Notes: generated by a model not told the origin, from the sequence alone. Positions 28,315 through 38,068 are shown, counted from the stretch's first letter. The stretch: 64,000 bases of DNA from an uncultured Bacteroidales bacterium (GCA_964468645.1 CAYXUU010000003.1:101874-165873); one strand, 5' to 3'. Made by a program: numbers and translations.

Positions 28315-28839
28315 TCATACCCCAAACTCCTTCTTAACCTGCTCCGTCCATTTTTCAACCCGCTCATCAGTGAGTTCGTCCTGGTGATCTTCATCAAGTG
28401 CCAATCCAACAAATTGACCGTCAACTACTGATCGGGATTCTTTAAATAGGTATCCATCTGTAGGCCAGCTGCCAATTATAACTGCACCTCTCTTTTCAAG
28501 CTCTTTCTTAAACCATATCATATTGTCGACAAAATTCAAAGGCCATAATATCTGGTTGCCAAGGCCAAACAGGGCTATCTTTTTATTCTTCAAGTTAACC
28601 GTATCAAGTTTCTTGAAAAGATCATTCCATTTATTGCTTGCCTCAATATCTTCCCAGGTCTCTGAACCAACTGTTGATCCACCAATGATCAGACTATCAT
28701 AGGTATCAAGGTCCTTTGCTTCAATATCTTCGGCATTATAAATATCAATTGTTACTTTATCGAACTGCTTATAAATCTTTTGTGCAACATATTCAACATT
28801 GCCGCCGGTTGGCCAATAAATCAATCCTGTCTTTTTCAT
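28315..28839 (-). CDS. fldA: long-chain flavodoxin
   Basis: 174-aa ORF. The N-terminal MKKTGLIYWPTGGNVE phosphate-binding-loop region, its size and its overall pattern fit FldA-type flavodoxins. Confidence 0.8.
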   Translation of the reverse strand: MKKTGLIYWPTGGNVEYVAQKIYKQFDKVTIDIYNAEDIEAKDLDTYDSLIIGGSTVGSETWEDIEASNKWNDLFKKLDTVNLKNKKIALFGLGNQILWPLNFVDNMIWFKKELEKRGAVIIGSWPTDGYLFKESRSVVDGQFVGLALDEDHQDELTDERVEKWTEQVKKEFGV

Positions 28840-28909
28840 CTTTCACTATTTTTAAATATCATTATTTGTTTTTTTATCTTATTACCCTGATGGCTTCTGA
28901 GTATGATTA

Positions 28910-29194
28910 TTATTGAATGTCAACACTTTTTCTTTTATAAAGTATAATCCCAACCCTTTCAATATGTTCCTGCAAGGCTTCTTCATTAATCCTATCAAAT
29001 ATTATAATATCAAATTTATAGGGTAGTGATAATTTGCTAATTTCATTTCTTGCTGAAAGGATATCTTCCAGTTCATTCATTTCAACCTGTGAAACATACT
29101 TTGCAAATTGTTGAAATGCTTTGTTGAAATTAACAAACCTCTGCTGCCATCTTATATCCTTACTTTCTTCACTCATAGATAACTTTCTTTGCAA
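28910..29194 (-). pseudogene. chimeric remnant: HI0074-type HEPN N-terminus fused to a nucleotidyltransferase (MNT) C-terminus
   Basis: 94-aa ORF. Residues ~12-45 (DIRWQQRFVNFNKAFQQF) match the HI0074-family N-terminus, and residues ~55-90 (LPYKFDIIIFDRINEEALQEHIERVGIILYKR) match the C-terminal end of minimal nucleotidyltransferases. Neither domain is complete. Confidence 0.45.
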
Positions 29195-29425
29195 CCCATT
29201 ACAAAAATATACTAATTAATTTAAATTCAAATGATGGCCTTAGATTATAATCATCCCGACTGCACAAGCATTATCATTTCATCAAACCGGATTTTGGGAA
29301 TAACAAATTGGATAAGCCCCTCAAATGAACTACCCTGCGGCAGGGCCGAGGGGGTATCAAGCAGGAATTGTTTTAACAGCCCAAGGGGGCGGGGAATTAA
29401 ATCCTCGTCTTGCCTATATGCGAAA

Positions 29426-30172
29426 TTAAAAAACAACACCAAGTCTCAGGGTGATCATTTGCAGGTTAACATAATATCGGTTAAAGTTGATGTAATCTGT
29501 TTTTACCTGCTGATATTTAAATCCTGCTTTTACAAAGATATTTGTTTTAGAATTGCTTCGTATCAATATTCCGGCTGCCGGTTCAAAGAGATATCCTCCC
29601 CAATCGGCTCCATCGGTGTTTTTTATCCATCCAAAGGAATAGCCAATATTGGCACCAATCAAGGGTATAATTTTTGATTTCCCGAGATATGCCCTGATAT
29701 CTGCAAAGAAGGGCATCATGCTTCCATCGCCGTAAAGCTCAAATCCAATTCCCAGCCCGCATGAAAGCCAGGAACTGACCATGAATGAATTTACTATAGT
29801 AATGCCGCCATAGATTGAGCTGTTAGTAACAATCATATCATGGGTTTTCTTATCTCCCAATCCCAGGTAAATACCAGGCTCTATGCTTGTCCAGAATTTC
29901 GAGAAGATGGTATCGGACAAGGTTTCCGGTAAGGCAGTTGCAGTTTTAATTCTCTTTACACTTTTGATATCAGAATTATAGATCTTAATGATGCGCTTAT
30001 CCAGGATCCTTACTTCATAATATTTTCCAGCAGACTTTTTTAAAATTTCCCCGGTAATGCTCTGGCCATTTTTCAAGATAAAAACATACTGAGTCTTATC
30101 CTGTCCGTATGCATTAATCACTGCAACCAACAACATACTCACAACAAGAAGCTTTCTAATGTTTTTCAGCAT
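29426..30172 (-). CDS. outer-membrane beta-barrel-like protein
   Basis: 248-aa ORF with a signal peptide (VAVINAYGQ), alternating hydrophobic beta-strand pattern, many G/Y residues and a C-terminal LRLGVVF. Confidence 0.6.
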   Translation of the reverse strand: MLKNIRKLLVVSMLLVAVINAYGQDKTQYVFILKNGQSITGEILKKSAGKYYEVRILDKRIIKIYNSDIKSVKRIKTATALPETLSDTIFSKFWTSIEPGIYLGLGDKKTHDMIVTNSSIYGGITIVNSFMVSSWLSCGLGIGFELYGDGSMMPFFADIRAYLGKSKIIPLIGANIGYSFGWIKNTDGADWGGYLFEPAAGILIRSNSKTNIFVKAGFKYQQVKTDYINFNRYYVNLQMITLRLGVVF

Positions 30173-30175
30173 ATT

Positions 30176-31186
30176 CTATTCCATATCATTTAAGAAACAA
30201 CGACAGGTATCTTTAATTGTTTCATCAATATTCCGGAACTCAAATCCCAGGGCCTTTATAATTTTACCATTGGAGTAATAATACTTATCAACTGCAGTCC
30301 GGGCTGTTTCCTTGGTGATAAAAGGTGGCGTTCCAGAAACAAAACTTCTCATCTTATCTATCCTCCAGGCCAATTCCGACATGAATTTAGTCGCTTTGAA
30401 TTTCGGCTTTTTCACTTCCAGTGCATCTGCAATTTTAAAGGTCAGATCCTGATAGGTAAGACTTTCAGCACTCAGTATAAAACGTTCGTTTAGGATATCG
30501 CTTTCCATTAATTCTATCATTGCCTTCGAAACATCCCTGACATCCACAAAACCATTCACCCCCATGGTATAAACTTTTAATCCTTTCCAAACAGTTTTAA
30601 TGAACCTGGAGCTTCCATCATCCCAGTCCCCCGGACCAATAACTACACTTGGGCTGACGATCACAGAGTTGAGGCCTTCTTCCACACCACGCCATACTTC
30701 ACGTTCGGCGCCATATTTACTGATGGCATAATGGGAATTTCGTTTAGATGTTTTCCAGTGGGTTTCTTCATCGATATATTCTTCCGGCGCTGTTCTGCCA
30801 AGGGCGGCAATGGAACTGACATGACAAAACTTTTTAATCTTTTTATCAAGGGCAATGTTTATCAGGTTGGCTGTGCCTTCTATATTGACTTTATAGACCT
30901 GTTCCTTGTCGCCCGGATCAAAGGATACAAAACCTCCACAATGGTAAACATAATCTATTCCATCAATGGCATCCTCCAATGAAAAGATATCCAGCAGATC
31001 ACCATCACACCATTCCACCCTGTTCAGCAAATGTTCCGGGTGATCAGAATAATAGGAGAATGTTTTCAGTGTTTTACCTGTATCGGCAGTTTTCCTCTTC
31101 AGTACACGTACTGTGTTTCCTTTAATCAACAGATCAAATAACAAATGTGATCCTATTAACCCGGTACCTCCTGTAAGCAATATCAT
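30176..31186 (-). CDS. NAD-dependent epimerase/dehydratase family protein
   Basis: The Rossmann motif MILLTGGTGLIGSHL lies at the internal Met, and a YxxxK-like YAISKYGAE is present. The 24-codon N-terminal extension in the ORF track runs into an intergenic inverted repeat, so the start was moved to 31186. Confidence 0.85.
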   Translation of the reverse strand: MILLTGGTGLIGSHLLFDLLIKGNTVRVLKRKTADTGKTLKTFSYYSDHPEHLLNRVEWCDGDLLDIFSLEDAIDGIDYVYHCGGFVSFDPGDKEQVYKVNIEGTANLINIALDKKIKKFCHVSSIAALGRTAPEEYIDEETHWKTSKRNSHYAISKYGAEREVWRGVEEGLNSVIVSPSVVIGPGDWDDGSSRFIKTVWKGLKVYTMGVNGFVDVRDVSKAMIELMESDILNERFILSAESLTYQDLTFKIADALEVKKPKFKATKFMSELAWRIDKMRSFVSGTPPFITKETARTAVDKYYYSNGKIIKALGFEFRNIDETIKDTCRCFLNDME

Positions 31187-31254
31187 AAATGCAAAGCTAT
31201 GAAATATAAATCCAAACCCGACAATATTAACCGCTTCAATGTTTTTAACCAAAA

Positions 31255-31382
31255 GCACGCAGAGAAACTCACAGGGATTGTTATAACTGCATTTTAAAAT
31301 CCCAATGAAATAAGCATTTTACCAGAGATAGTCTCGAATAGCAGCTTTCTTAATTTATACATTTTCGCGTTTCTCTGCGTGC
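31255..31382. repeat. 128-bp element bounded by a perfect 14-bp inverted repeat (CGCAGAGAAA word family)
   Basis: GCACGCAGAGAAAC (31255-31268) pairs with GTTTCTCTGCGTGC (31369-31382). The right end TTTCTCTGCGTGCTTTGCGGT recurs at 35417-35438 and, inverted, at 24995-25017. Confidence 0.7.
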
Positions 31383-31399
31383 TTTGCGGTTAAGTAAGC

Positions 31400-31407
31400 T
31401 ATCTTTG
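31400..31407 (+). promoter_or_regulatory. Bacteroidota -7 promoter box TAnnTTTG upstream of tyrS
   Basis: TATCTTTG followed by CAA, 16 nt upstream of the ATG at 31423. Confidence 0.5.
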
Positions 31408-31422
31408 CAAAAATTTTAAATT

Positions 31423-32694
31423 ATGACATTTATTGAGGAACTGAAATGGAGGGGCATGATCCACGATATCATGCCGGGAACCGAAAAACAGCTTTATAAA
31501 GAAATGACTGCCGGTTATATTGGTTTCGATCCAACTTCCGATTCCCTTCATATTGGTAATCTGGCCACCTTGATGTTGCTTGTCCATTTTCAGCGCGCAG
31601 GCCATAAGCCTGTTATCCTGGTTGGCGGCGCAACCGGCCGTGTGGGTGATCCTTCGGGTAAAGCACAGGAAAGACAGTTGATGGAAGTTGAAACTATCAA
31701 TAAAAACCTGGAAGGGCAGAAGAAACAATTGATGAATTTCATTGACTTTGATTGTGGGGACAATTCGGCAATTGTTGTTAATAATTATGATTGGTTTAAA
31801 GATTATCATTTTCTTGATTTTATCCGTGATATCGGAAAACATATTACCATTAGTTATATGATGGCCAAGGATTCCGTACAAACACGCCTTGAAACAGGGC
31901 TTTCATTTACCGAATTTACCTACCAGCTTGTACAGGGTTATGACTTTTTATTCCTTTACGAGAATCATAACTGTAAACTACAGATGGGTGGTTCCGACCA
32001 GTGGGGAAATATTACCACAGGAACAGAACTGATCAGAAGAAAAGCAGGTGGCGAAGCCTATGCGCTTACAACTCCACTTGTTACCAAATCGGATGGCGGG
32101 AAATTCGGCAAAACCGAAGAAGGCAATGTATGGCTCGATCCCGAAAAAACATCACCCTATAAGTTTTACCAGTTCTGGATGAACACTTCAGATGAGGATT
32201 CAGAAAAATATATCAGGATTTTTACACTTTACAATCGTGATGAAATTGATGAATTTATCAGAAACCACAGGGAAGCCCCTCATTTAAGGGTATTGCAAAA
32301 GGCAATTGCAAAAGATATAACCATCAGGGTTCATTCCGAAGAGGAGTATAATCTTGCCGTAGAAGCATCACAAATATTATTCGGTAAAGGGACAACAGAA
32401 ACCCTTCATAAACTGGATGAGAAAACCTTATTGTCGATATTTGAGGGTGTTCCGCGATTTAATGTAAACCGTAAGGAATTACCTGAAGTTGGCATTCTGG
32501 ATTTCCTTGCAGAAAAAACCCAGATTTTTGCCAGCAAGGGTGAAGCAAGAAGAATGTTAAAGGATAATGGCGTTTCCATCAACAAATCAAAAATCAACGA
32601 TACATACCAGGTATCCGAATCCGACCTCCTGAATGACAAGTATATCCTTGTACAAAAAGGGAAGAAGAATTATTTCCTTGTTAAGGTAATATAG
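31423..32694 (+). CDS. tyrS: tyrosine--tRNA ligase
   Basis: 423-aa ORF with the class I HIGH motif (SLHIGNL), KMSKS-type GKFGKT, and a C-terminal S4-like domain. Confidence 0.95.
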   Translation: MTFIEELKWRGMIHDIMPGTEKQLYKEMTAGYIGFDPTSDSLHIGNLATLMLLVHFQRAGHKPVILVGGATGRVGDPSGKAQERQLMEVETINKNLEGQKKQLMNFIDFDCGDNSAIVVNNYDWFKDYHFLDFIRDIGKHITISYMMAKDSVQTRLETGLSFTEFTYQLVQGYDFLFLYENHNCKLQMGGSDQWGNITTGTELIRRKAGGEAYALTTPLVTKSDGGKFGKTEEGNVWLDPEKTSPYKFYQFWMNTSDEDSEKYIRIFTLYNRDEIDEFIRNHREAPHLRVLQKAIAKDITIRVHSEEEYNLAVEASQILFGKGTTETLHKLDEKTLLSIFEGVPRFNVNRKELPEVGILDFLAEKTQIFASKGEARRMLKDNGVSINKSKINDTYQVSESDLLNDKYILVQKGKKNYFLVKVI

Positions 32695-32899
32695 AACGCA
32701 GATTATCATGATCATCATGATTTGATTTGATGATTATTCGCTTTTTTCTTTTAAGTCCTTTTAAACGCTATTGTCCATCTACAGGGACGTGTTTCCTCCC
32801 GGTTCCAAAATAAAGGATTAGGTAGTTAATAATAGCATTAGTCAGAATATTTCTACATAACACAACAATAGCGAGGGAATCGGTCCCTTCTGATTGATT

Positions 32900-32933
32900 G
32901 GAACACTGACGACGCGAATCTGCGAACGCGGAT
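32900..32933. repeat. solo arm of the ACGCGGAT-word repeat family
   Basis: GGAACACTGACGACGCGAATCTGCGAACGCGGAT. A short related arm, TAGAACGCAGAT, overlaps the tyrS stop at 32692-32703. Confidence 0.55.
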
Positions 32934-33117
32934 TTCTTTGGCATTAATAAGGTCATGACATATGATGTTATCAATTGGTAGTACCAATTGCTTCACTAAT
33001 ACATTATTTTTTTATTAAACATACTCATCGAAAGTAGTGGTTAACATAGCCTTGAGGTGCTACAAACTACCAACCACCAACTACCAACATATTTCATCTG
33101 CGTTCAATGAACTTTCG

Positions 33118-33125
33118 TATTTTTG
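33118..33125 (+). promoter_or_regulatory. Bacteroidota -7 promoter box TAnnTTTG upstream of mnmA
   Basis: TATTTTTG followed by CAA, 7 nt upstream of the ATG at 33132. Confidence 0.45.
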
Positions 33126-33131
33126 CAATCC

Positions 33132-34208
33132 ATGAATATTGCAGCACTGGTTTCCGGTGGAGTTGATAGCTCCGCAACGATACCCCTTCTTAAAGAGCAG
33201 GGCTATGAGCCGGTTATTGTCTATATTAAAATTGCCATGGAAGAGATTCCCGGATTTTTAGATTGCCCCTCCGAGGAAGATATCGAAATTACCTCCTCCA
33301 TCGCAATGAAATATGGCCTTAAGTTTGAGATTGTTGACCTGCACAAAGAATACTGGGACAGGGTGATCGATTATACTTTAACCACAATACAGAAAGGCCT
33401 TACCCCCAATCCTGATGTTATGTGTAACCGCCTTATCAAGTTTGGCAGTTTTGAAGATAAATTCGGTAAGGATTTTGACAAAATATCGACAGGCCATTAT
33501 GCCAATGTAATTGAACGTAATGGTAAGTATTATCTTGCAACAGCAAAAGACAAAATCAAAGACCAGACCTATTTTCTCGGCCGTATCACCTATGAACAAC
33601 TTTCCAGGGTAATGTTCCCGATTGCCGGTCTTGAAAAAAAGAAAGTCAGGGAATTGGCAGCTAAACTCAAGCTACCTTCAGCCAGAAGACCAGATAGTCA
33701 AGGAATCTGTTTTCTGGGTAAAATCAATTATAACGACTTCATCAGGAAATATGTTGGTGAAAAAGAAGGTGATATCATAGAACTGGAAACAGGTAAAAAC
33801 CTCGGACGTCATAATGGTTACTGGTTTCATACCATAGGGCAACGTAAAGGACTTGGATTATCACAGGGTCCTTGGTTTGTGGTTAAAAAAGATACAGATA
33901 ACAATATCATTTTTGTATCGCACGGGTATGACCCTGTCTCGCAATATGATAGCAAGGTTCATTTAAAGGATTTTTTATTTATTAATAATAAAGCAGACCG
34001 GGATTACACCAGTCCACAGCCTGTAAAGTTTAAGATCAGGCATACAACTGAATTTACTTCTGGAACTCTTGTATTTCAGGATAATAAATATCGTATTGAC
34101 TCGGATATTTCAATTTCCGGGATTGCCCCCGGGCAGTTTGCAGTGGTTTATGATACCGAAGAAAATATTTGTCTGGGAAGTGGTGTAATCTGTCAGGAGG
34201 ACGATTAA
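33132..34208 (+). CDS. mnmA: tRNA 2-thiouridine(34) synthase
   Basis: PP-loop ALVSGGVDSS with conserved Cys residues (MCN, GICF). The start was set to the first ATG; the ORF track used TTG at 33123. Confidence 0.95.
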   Translation: MNIAALVSGGVDSSATIPLLKEQGYEPVIVYIKIAMEEIPGFLDCPSEEDIEITSSIAMKYGLKFEIVDLHKEYWDRVIDYTLTTIQKGLTPNPDVMCNRLIKFGSFEDKFGKDFDKISTGHYANVIERNGKYYLATAKDKIKDQTYFLGRITYEQLSRVMFPIAGLEKKKVRELAAKLKLPSARRPDSQGICFLGKINYNDFIRKYVGEKEGDIIELETGKNLGRHNGYWFHTIGQRKGLGLSQGPWFVVKKDTDNNIIFVSHGYDPVSQYDSKVHLKDFLFINNKADRDYTSPQPVKFKIRHTTEFTSGTLVFQDNKYRIDSDISISGIAPGQFAVVYDTEENICLGSGVICQEDD

Positions 34209-34210
34209 TT

Positions 34211-35350
34211 ATGGAAAACTTCACATTTTATAATCCCACAAAACTACATTTTGGAAGAAATGTTGTTGGTGATCTCGGGAAGGAAATAACGACATTTGGT
34301 AAAAATATACTCCTGCTATATGGGGGTGGTTCAGTAAAGAAGAACGGCTCTTATGATGATGTCATGAACCAGATCAAGTCGGTTAATGCCAGGGCATTTG
34401 AGTATAAAGGGATCAAGTCAAATCCCATTCACACCGATATTGACAATGCTGCCGAACTTGGCAGGATGAATAATGTCGACCTGATTATGGCAGTGGGGGG
34501 TGGAAGCGTTATTGATTCTGCCAAAGCCATAGCGGTTACAATACCGGTGAACCATTCCTGCTGGGATTTCTACGAAGGTAAAAAGACCCCTGAAAAAGCG
34601 GTGCCCCTTATTGATATTTTAACCCTTGCAGCGACAGGTACGGAAACCAATATGTTTTCTGTGATCCAGAACGATGACAAAAAGTTTAAGACTGCCATAG
34701 CTACACCCCTAATATATCCCAAACACGCCTATCTTGATCCACAATACACTGTCAGTGTTCCGGCCAACTATACTGCTTATGGTATCGTTGACCTTATTGC
34801 ACATTGCCTTGAACTCTATTTTGGGAAAGGGGATTCTACCCTATCAGATAAATTCATTTTTTCTATCATCCGGGAAGCAATGGAATTCGGACCCGCATTG
34901 ATGAATGATCTTTCGGATTATGACCTTCGGGCTAAAATTCTTCTTGCATCAACGATGGCATTGAATGGGATTACTTTCATTGGCAAAGAAAGCGGTGACT
35001 GGGGAGTCCATAGTATTGGCCATAATCTTTCAGTTATGTATGATATAGCACATGGTGCATCTTTATCTATTGTATATCCGGCCTGGTTGAAATTCCATGA
35101 AGTAAGGCTGAAAGACAGAATAGAAAACCTCGGCAGGAATCTTTTTCAGGTGAATTCAGCACATGCAACCATCGACAAACTCGAATCATTCTTCACAGAA
35201 CTAACAAGTCCGGTCAGGTTATCTGAATATGGAACAGCACCTGTAAACAGAGATGAAGTCATCGATTTACTGATCACAAATAAAGCGGCTGGTAATTACT
35301 ACAGTTTCAATAATGAGGACTATCAACAACTGGTTGACTTATTTTTCTAA
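34211..35350 (+). CDS. iron-containing alcohol dehydrogenase (butanol dehydrogenase / YqhD-like)
   Basis: MENFTFYNPTKLHFG N-terminus, GGGSVIDSAKAIA motif, and metal-binding His residues (HCLE, HSIGH, HG). The start was moved to ATG 34211, just after the mnmA stop. Confidence 0.9.
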   Translation: MENFTFYNPTKLHFGRNVVGDLGKEITTFGKNILLLYGGGSVKKNGSYDDVMNQIKSVNARAFEYKGIKSNPIHTDIDNAAELGRMNNVDLIMAVGGGSVIDSAKAIAVTIPVNHSCWDFYEGKKTPEKAVPLIDILTLAATGTETNMFSVIQNDDKKFKTAIATPLIYPKHAYLDPQYTVSVPANYTAYGIVDLIAHCLELYFGKGDSTLSDKFIFSIIREAMEFGPALMNDLSDYDLRAKILLASTMALNGITFIGKESGDWGVHSIGHNLSVMYDIAHGASLSIVYPAWLKFHEVRLKDRIENLGRNLFQVNSAHATIDKLESFFTELTSPVRLSEYGTAPVNRDEVIDLLITNKAAGNYYSFNNEDYQQLVDLFF

Positions 35351-35387
35351 TATTTTACAATAAATAACATGTTGATATTTCAATAGA

Positions 35388-35660
35388 AACCGCAGAGGAC
35401 GCGGAGATCCGCTAAGATTTCTCTGCGTTCTTTGCGGTAAAAATTTTCTTTCAGGAAGAATTATTCGTCTTTAATTCGTGCATTCGTGGCAGAAATTAGC
35501 CATAAATGCACGAATAACATTATATGATAGAATTTCTGTCAAAAATTATAAACCACAGATTTTATTATTATCTGTGCTATCTGTGGCTAAATATTTTTTC
35601 AGGTAGTTTCTTTTTGGCAGTTTTCATCCCTCGGCTCAGTTCGATGTCCTTTTAACTGCC
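35388..35660. repeat. cluster of four different hairpin-forming inverted repeats between convergent genes
   Basis: The four repeats are a CGCAGAG-word IR (35388-35438), ATTCGTGCATT/AATGCACGAAT (35474-35484 / 35505-35515), CCACAGAT/ATCTGTGG (35553-35560 / 35579-35586) and TGGCAGTT/AACTGCCA (35615-35622 / 35654-35661). Confidence 0.65.
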
Positions 35661-35683
35661 AACTGAAGACTGTGAGCTAAAGA

Positions 35684-37882
35684 CTATTCTTCTTCCTTCT
35701 GAGCTTCTTCATGAGTCTTCAACAATTTATCCTGAATATCGGAAGGTACCGGTGCATATTCAGCATATTTCATTGAATAGGTTGCACGGCCACTTGTTAG
35801 TGAACTCAATGCTGTTGAATAACGGTTTAACTCTGCAAGTGGCACCCTTGCTTTAATCTGTCCACCTTCCATACCCATAATAATGGCACGGCGTCCCTGC
35901 AGGTCGGTCATTACGCCACCCATTTTATCTTCAGGAACAATGACTTCAACATCATATATTGGTTCAAGGATTTTTGGGCCAGCCTCTTTAAAAGCCATAC
36001 TGAAAGCAGTTTTACCAGCCAGTTTAAATGAGATTTCATTGGAGTCAACGGAGTGCATTTTGCCATCATAAACACAAACCCTGATATCCCTTGCATAGGA
36101 TCCTGTAAGAGGGCCATCTTCCATTCTTTCCATTAAACCCTTGAGTATCGCTGGCAGGAACCGTGTGTCGATAGCACCTCCAACGATACAGTTGTAGAAT
36201 ATAAGCTTACCGCCCCATTCCAATTCAATCTCATCTTTACCCCTTACATTTACAGTAATCTCTGAATCACCTTTTTGTATTGACAATGGTGTAACGCTGG
36301 ATCTGCGCTGAGTTTGTTTTACATTAAATTTTTTAGGTTCAGGCATATCTTCTGCGTAGGGCTCAATAACAATATGTACCTCTCCAAACTGCCCTGCACC
36401 CCCCGATTGTTTCTTATGCTGATATGTTGCCTGTGATACACGTGTTATTGTTTCACGGTATGGAATTCTCGGGGTCAGATACTCAACATTTATCTTTTCA
36501 ATATTCTCAAGATGCCACTTAACAATATTCAGATGTAATTCACCCTGGCCCTGCATAATAAGCTGTCGTAATTCTTTTGAATATCCTGCGATAACCGTCG
36601 GATCCACTTTATGCAATTCATTCAGGGCGATACCGAGTTTTTCATCATCTGTCGAATTGATGGCTTTAACAGCAACCCTGAACTTGGGATCAGGAAAAAC
36701 AATAGGTTCAACGAGTGCCCCTGAACTTCCCTGTGCGCTCAAGGTATCATTGGTCAATGTGTTTTTAAGCTTTATTAATGCTCCTATATCACCGGCTTCG
36801 ATTTTATCAACCTTTTCCCTGTTTTTCCCGGCAAAAATAAAAAGCTGCGTGATTCTTTCTTTGGTACTGTTCCTTGGATTCACCAGGTCAACACCTTCTT
36901 TAATCCCGCCATTGTATAACTTAAAGAAGGAAACTTCGCCAAGATGTGATTCGATGACTGTTTTGAAAATGAAAGCCGTTACAGGTTCTGATGATGAACA
37001 TTTAAGTTCTTTGCCGTCAGTAGTTTTTCTTTGTTCAATTTCATTCGGTGCGGGAGCATTGTTGCTAATAAATTCAAGTAACCTGCCAACACCCATATTC
37101 TGTTTGGCATTAACACAAAGAACAGGAAATACCCCTCTGTTTTTCAAACCAAGACGGAGACCCTGTTGAATTTCTTCCTCTGATAACGTGCCGTTCTCAA
37201 AATATTTCTCCATTAATGGTTCATCGTTAGCAGCAATATCTTCTATCAGTGCACCCTGCATTTCTTCCGCCTTGTCCTTTTCGCTGTCAGGTATATCAAC
37301 AATTTCAGGTTTTCCACCACCTTCTGGAAATTTATACATTTTCATTTTCAGGAGGTCGATAACAGAATCAAATCCCAGTCCAACATTTACAGGATACTGT
37401 ATTATGGTAACCCCTCCACCGAAATGGCTTTTAAGTTGTTCTATGGTTTCATCAAAATTTGAGTTTTCATGCTCCAGGTGGTTAATAGCAAAAATAACGG
37501 GCTTGTTGTTTTTATCAGATTCCCTCCAGGTAACCTCTGTTCCAACTTCAACACCATTCTGTGCAGCCACAAGCATAACAGCCGTATCAGCTACGTTTAT
37601 TGATGATACCACTTCACCAATAAAATCATCGAAACCGGGTGCATCTATAATATTAATTTTCTTGCCATCAAATTCAGAATACATAACGGTTGATGAAACA
37701 GAATTCTGCCGCTCAAGCTCTATCTGTCTGTAATCGGAAACAGTACTTTTATCATCAACGCTACCTCTTCTGTTGATCACACCACCTTCGAACAACATGT
37801 CTTCAGCCAGTGTGGTTTTACCTGTTTTTGCACCACCTATCAGAACAATGTTTCTGATATCACTTGTTTGATATACCTTCAT
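35684..37882 (-). CDS. elongation factor G family paralog (EF-G2-like, degenerate GTPase motifs)
   Basis: 732-aa ORF with an intact P-loop (GGAKTGKTT). G3 reads DAPGFDDF instead of DTPGHVDF, and G4 reads NHLE instead of NKMD. Domains II-V are recognisable (HKKQSGGAGQFG, LSSLTSGRATYSM), with a ~40-aa insertion in domain IV. Confidence 0.9.
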   Translation of the reverse strand: MKVYQTSDIRNIVLIGGAKTGKTTLAEDMLFEGGVINRRGSVDDKSTVSDYRQIELERQNSVSSTVMYSEFDGKKINIIDAPGFDDFIGEVVSSINVADTAVMLVAAQNGVEVGTEVTWRESDKNNKPVIFAINHLEHENSNFDETIEQLKSHFGGGVTIIQYPVNVGLGFDSVIDLLKMKMYKFPEGGGKPEIVDIPDSEKDKAEEMQGALIEDIAANDEPLMEKYFENGTLSEEEIQQGLRLGLKNRGVFPVLCVNAKQNMGVGRLLEFISNNAPAPNEIEQRKTTDGKELKCSSSEPVTAFIFKTVIESHLGEVSFFKLYNGGIKEGVDLVNPRNSTKERITQLFIFAGKNREKVDKIEAGDIGALIKLKNTLTNDTLSAQGSSGALVEPIVFPDPKFRVAVKAINSTDDEKLGIALNELHKVDPTVIAGYSKELRQLIMQGQGELHLNIVKWHLENIEKINVEYLTPRIPYRETITRVSQATYQHKKQSGGAGQFGEVHIVIEPYAEDMPEPKKFNVKQTQRRSSVTPLSIQKGDSEITVNVRGKDEIELEWGGKLIFYNCIVGGAIDTRFLPAILKGLMERMEDGPLTGSYARDIRVCVYDGKMHSVDSNEISFKLAGKTAFSMAFKEAGPKILEPIYDVEVIVPEDKMGGVMTDLQGRRAIIMGMEGGQIKARVPLAELNRYSTALSSLTSGRATYSMKYAEYAPVPSDIQDKLLKTHEEAQKEEE

Positions 37883-37930
37883 TTTCTATATTTCTTTAAA
37901 TTAATTAACAAATTTCCTGAAAAATGGCTG

Positions 37931-37938
37931 CAAAGGTA
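37931..37938 (-). promoter_or_regulatory. candidate -7 box TACCTTTG upstream of the EF-G paralog
   Basis: The reverse complement of CAAAGGTA reads TACCTTTG, 49-56 nt upstream of the start at 37882. Confidence 0.35.
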
Positions 37939-38043
37939 TGAATTTCTGAATACTAAATTTAAAAAGTTATTTAATAAATCGAATTCTATTGTAATTTCTA
38001 ATCGTAAGCATGGATAATTAACTTTAGATGCATTATTTCTTTT

Positions 38044-38051
38044 TAAATTTG
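38044..38051 (+). promoter_or_regulatory. candidate -7 box TAAATTTG upstream of the hydrolase gene
   Basis: It matches TAnnTTTG, 18 nt upstream of the ATG at 38069. Confidence 0.4.
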
Positions 38052-38068
38052 ATTGTTTCTTTAACAGC

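Noticed and set aside
29231-29677. 148-aa plus-strand ORF and 63-aa minus-strand ORF (29251..29442) in the fldA-downstream gap.
   Set aside because: The first half translates palindromic repeat DNA (LPCGRAEGVS, SPRGRGIK). The second half is antisense to the well-supported outer-membrane barrel gene 29426..30172.
31399-31881. 160-aa minus-strand ORF overlapping the 5-prime part of tyrS.
   Set aside because: It is antisense to a gene with unambiguous class I aaRS motifs and has no motifs of its own.
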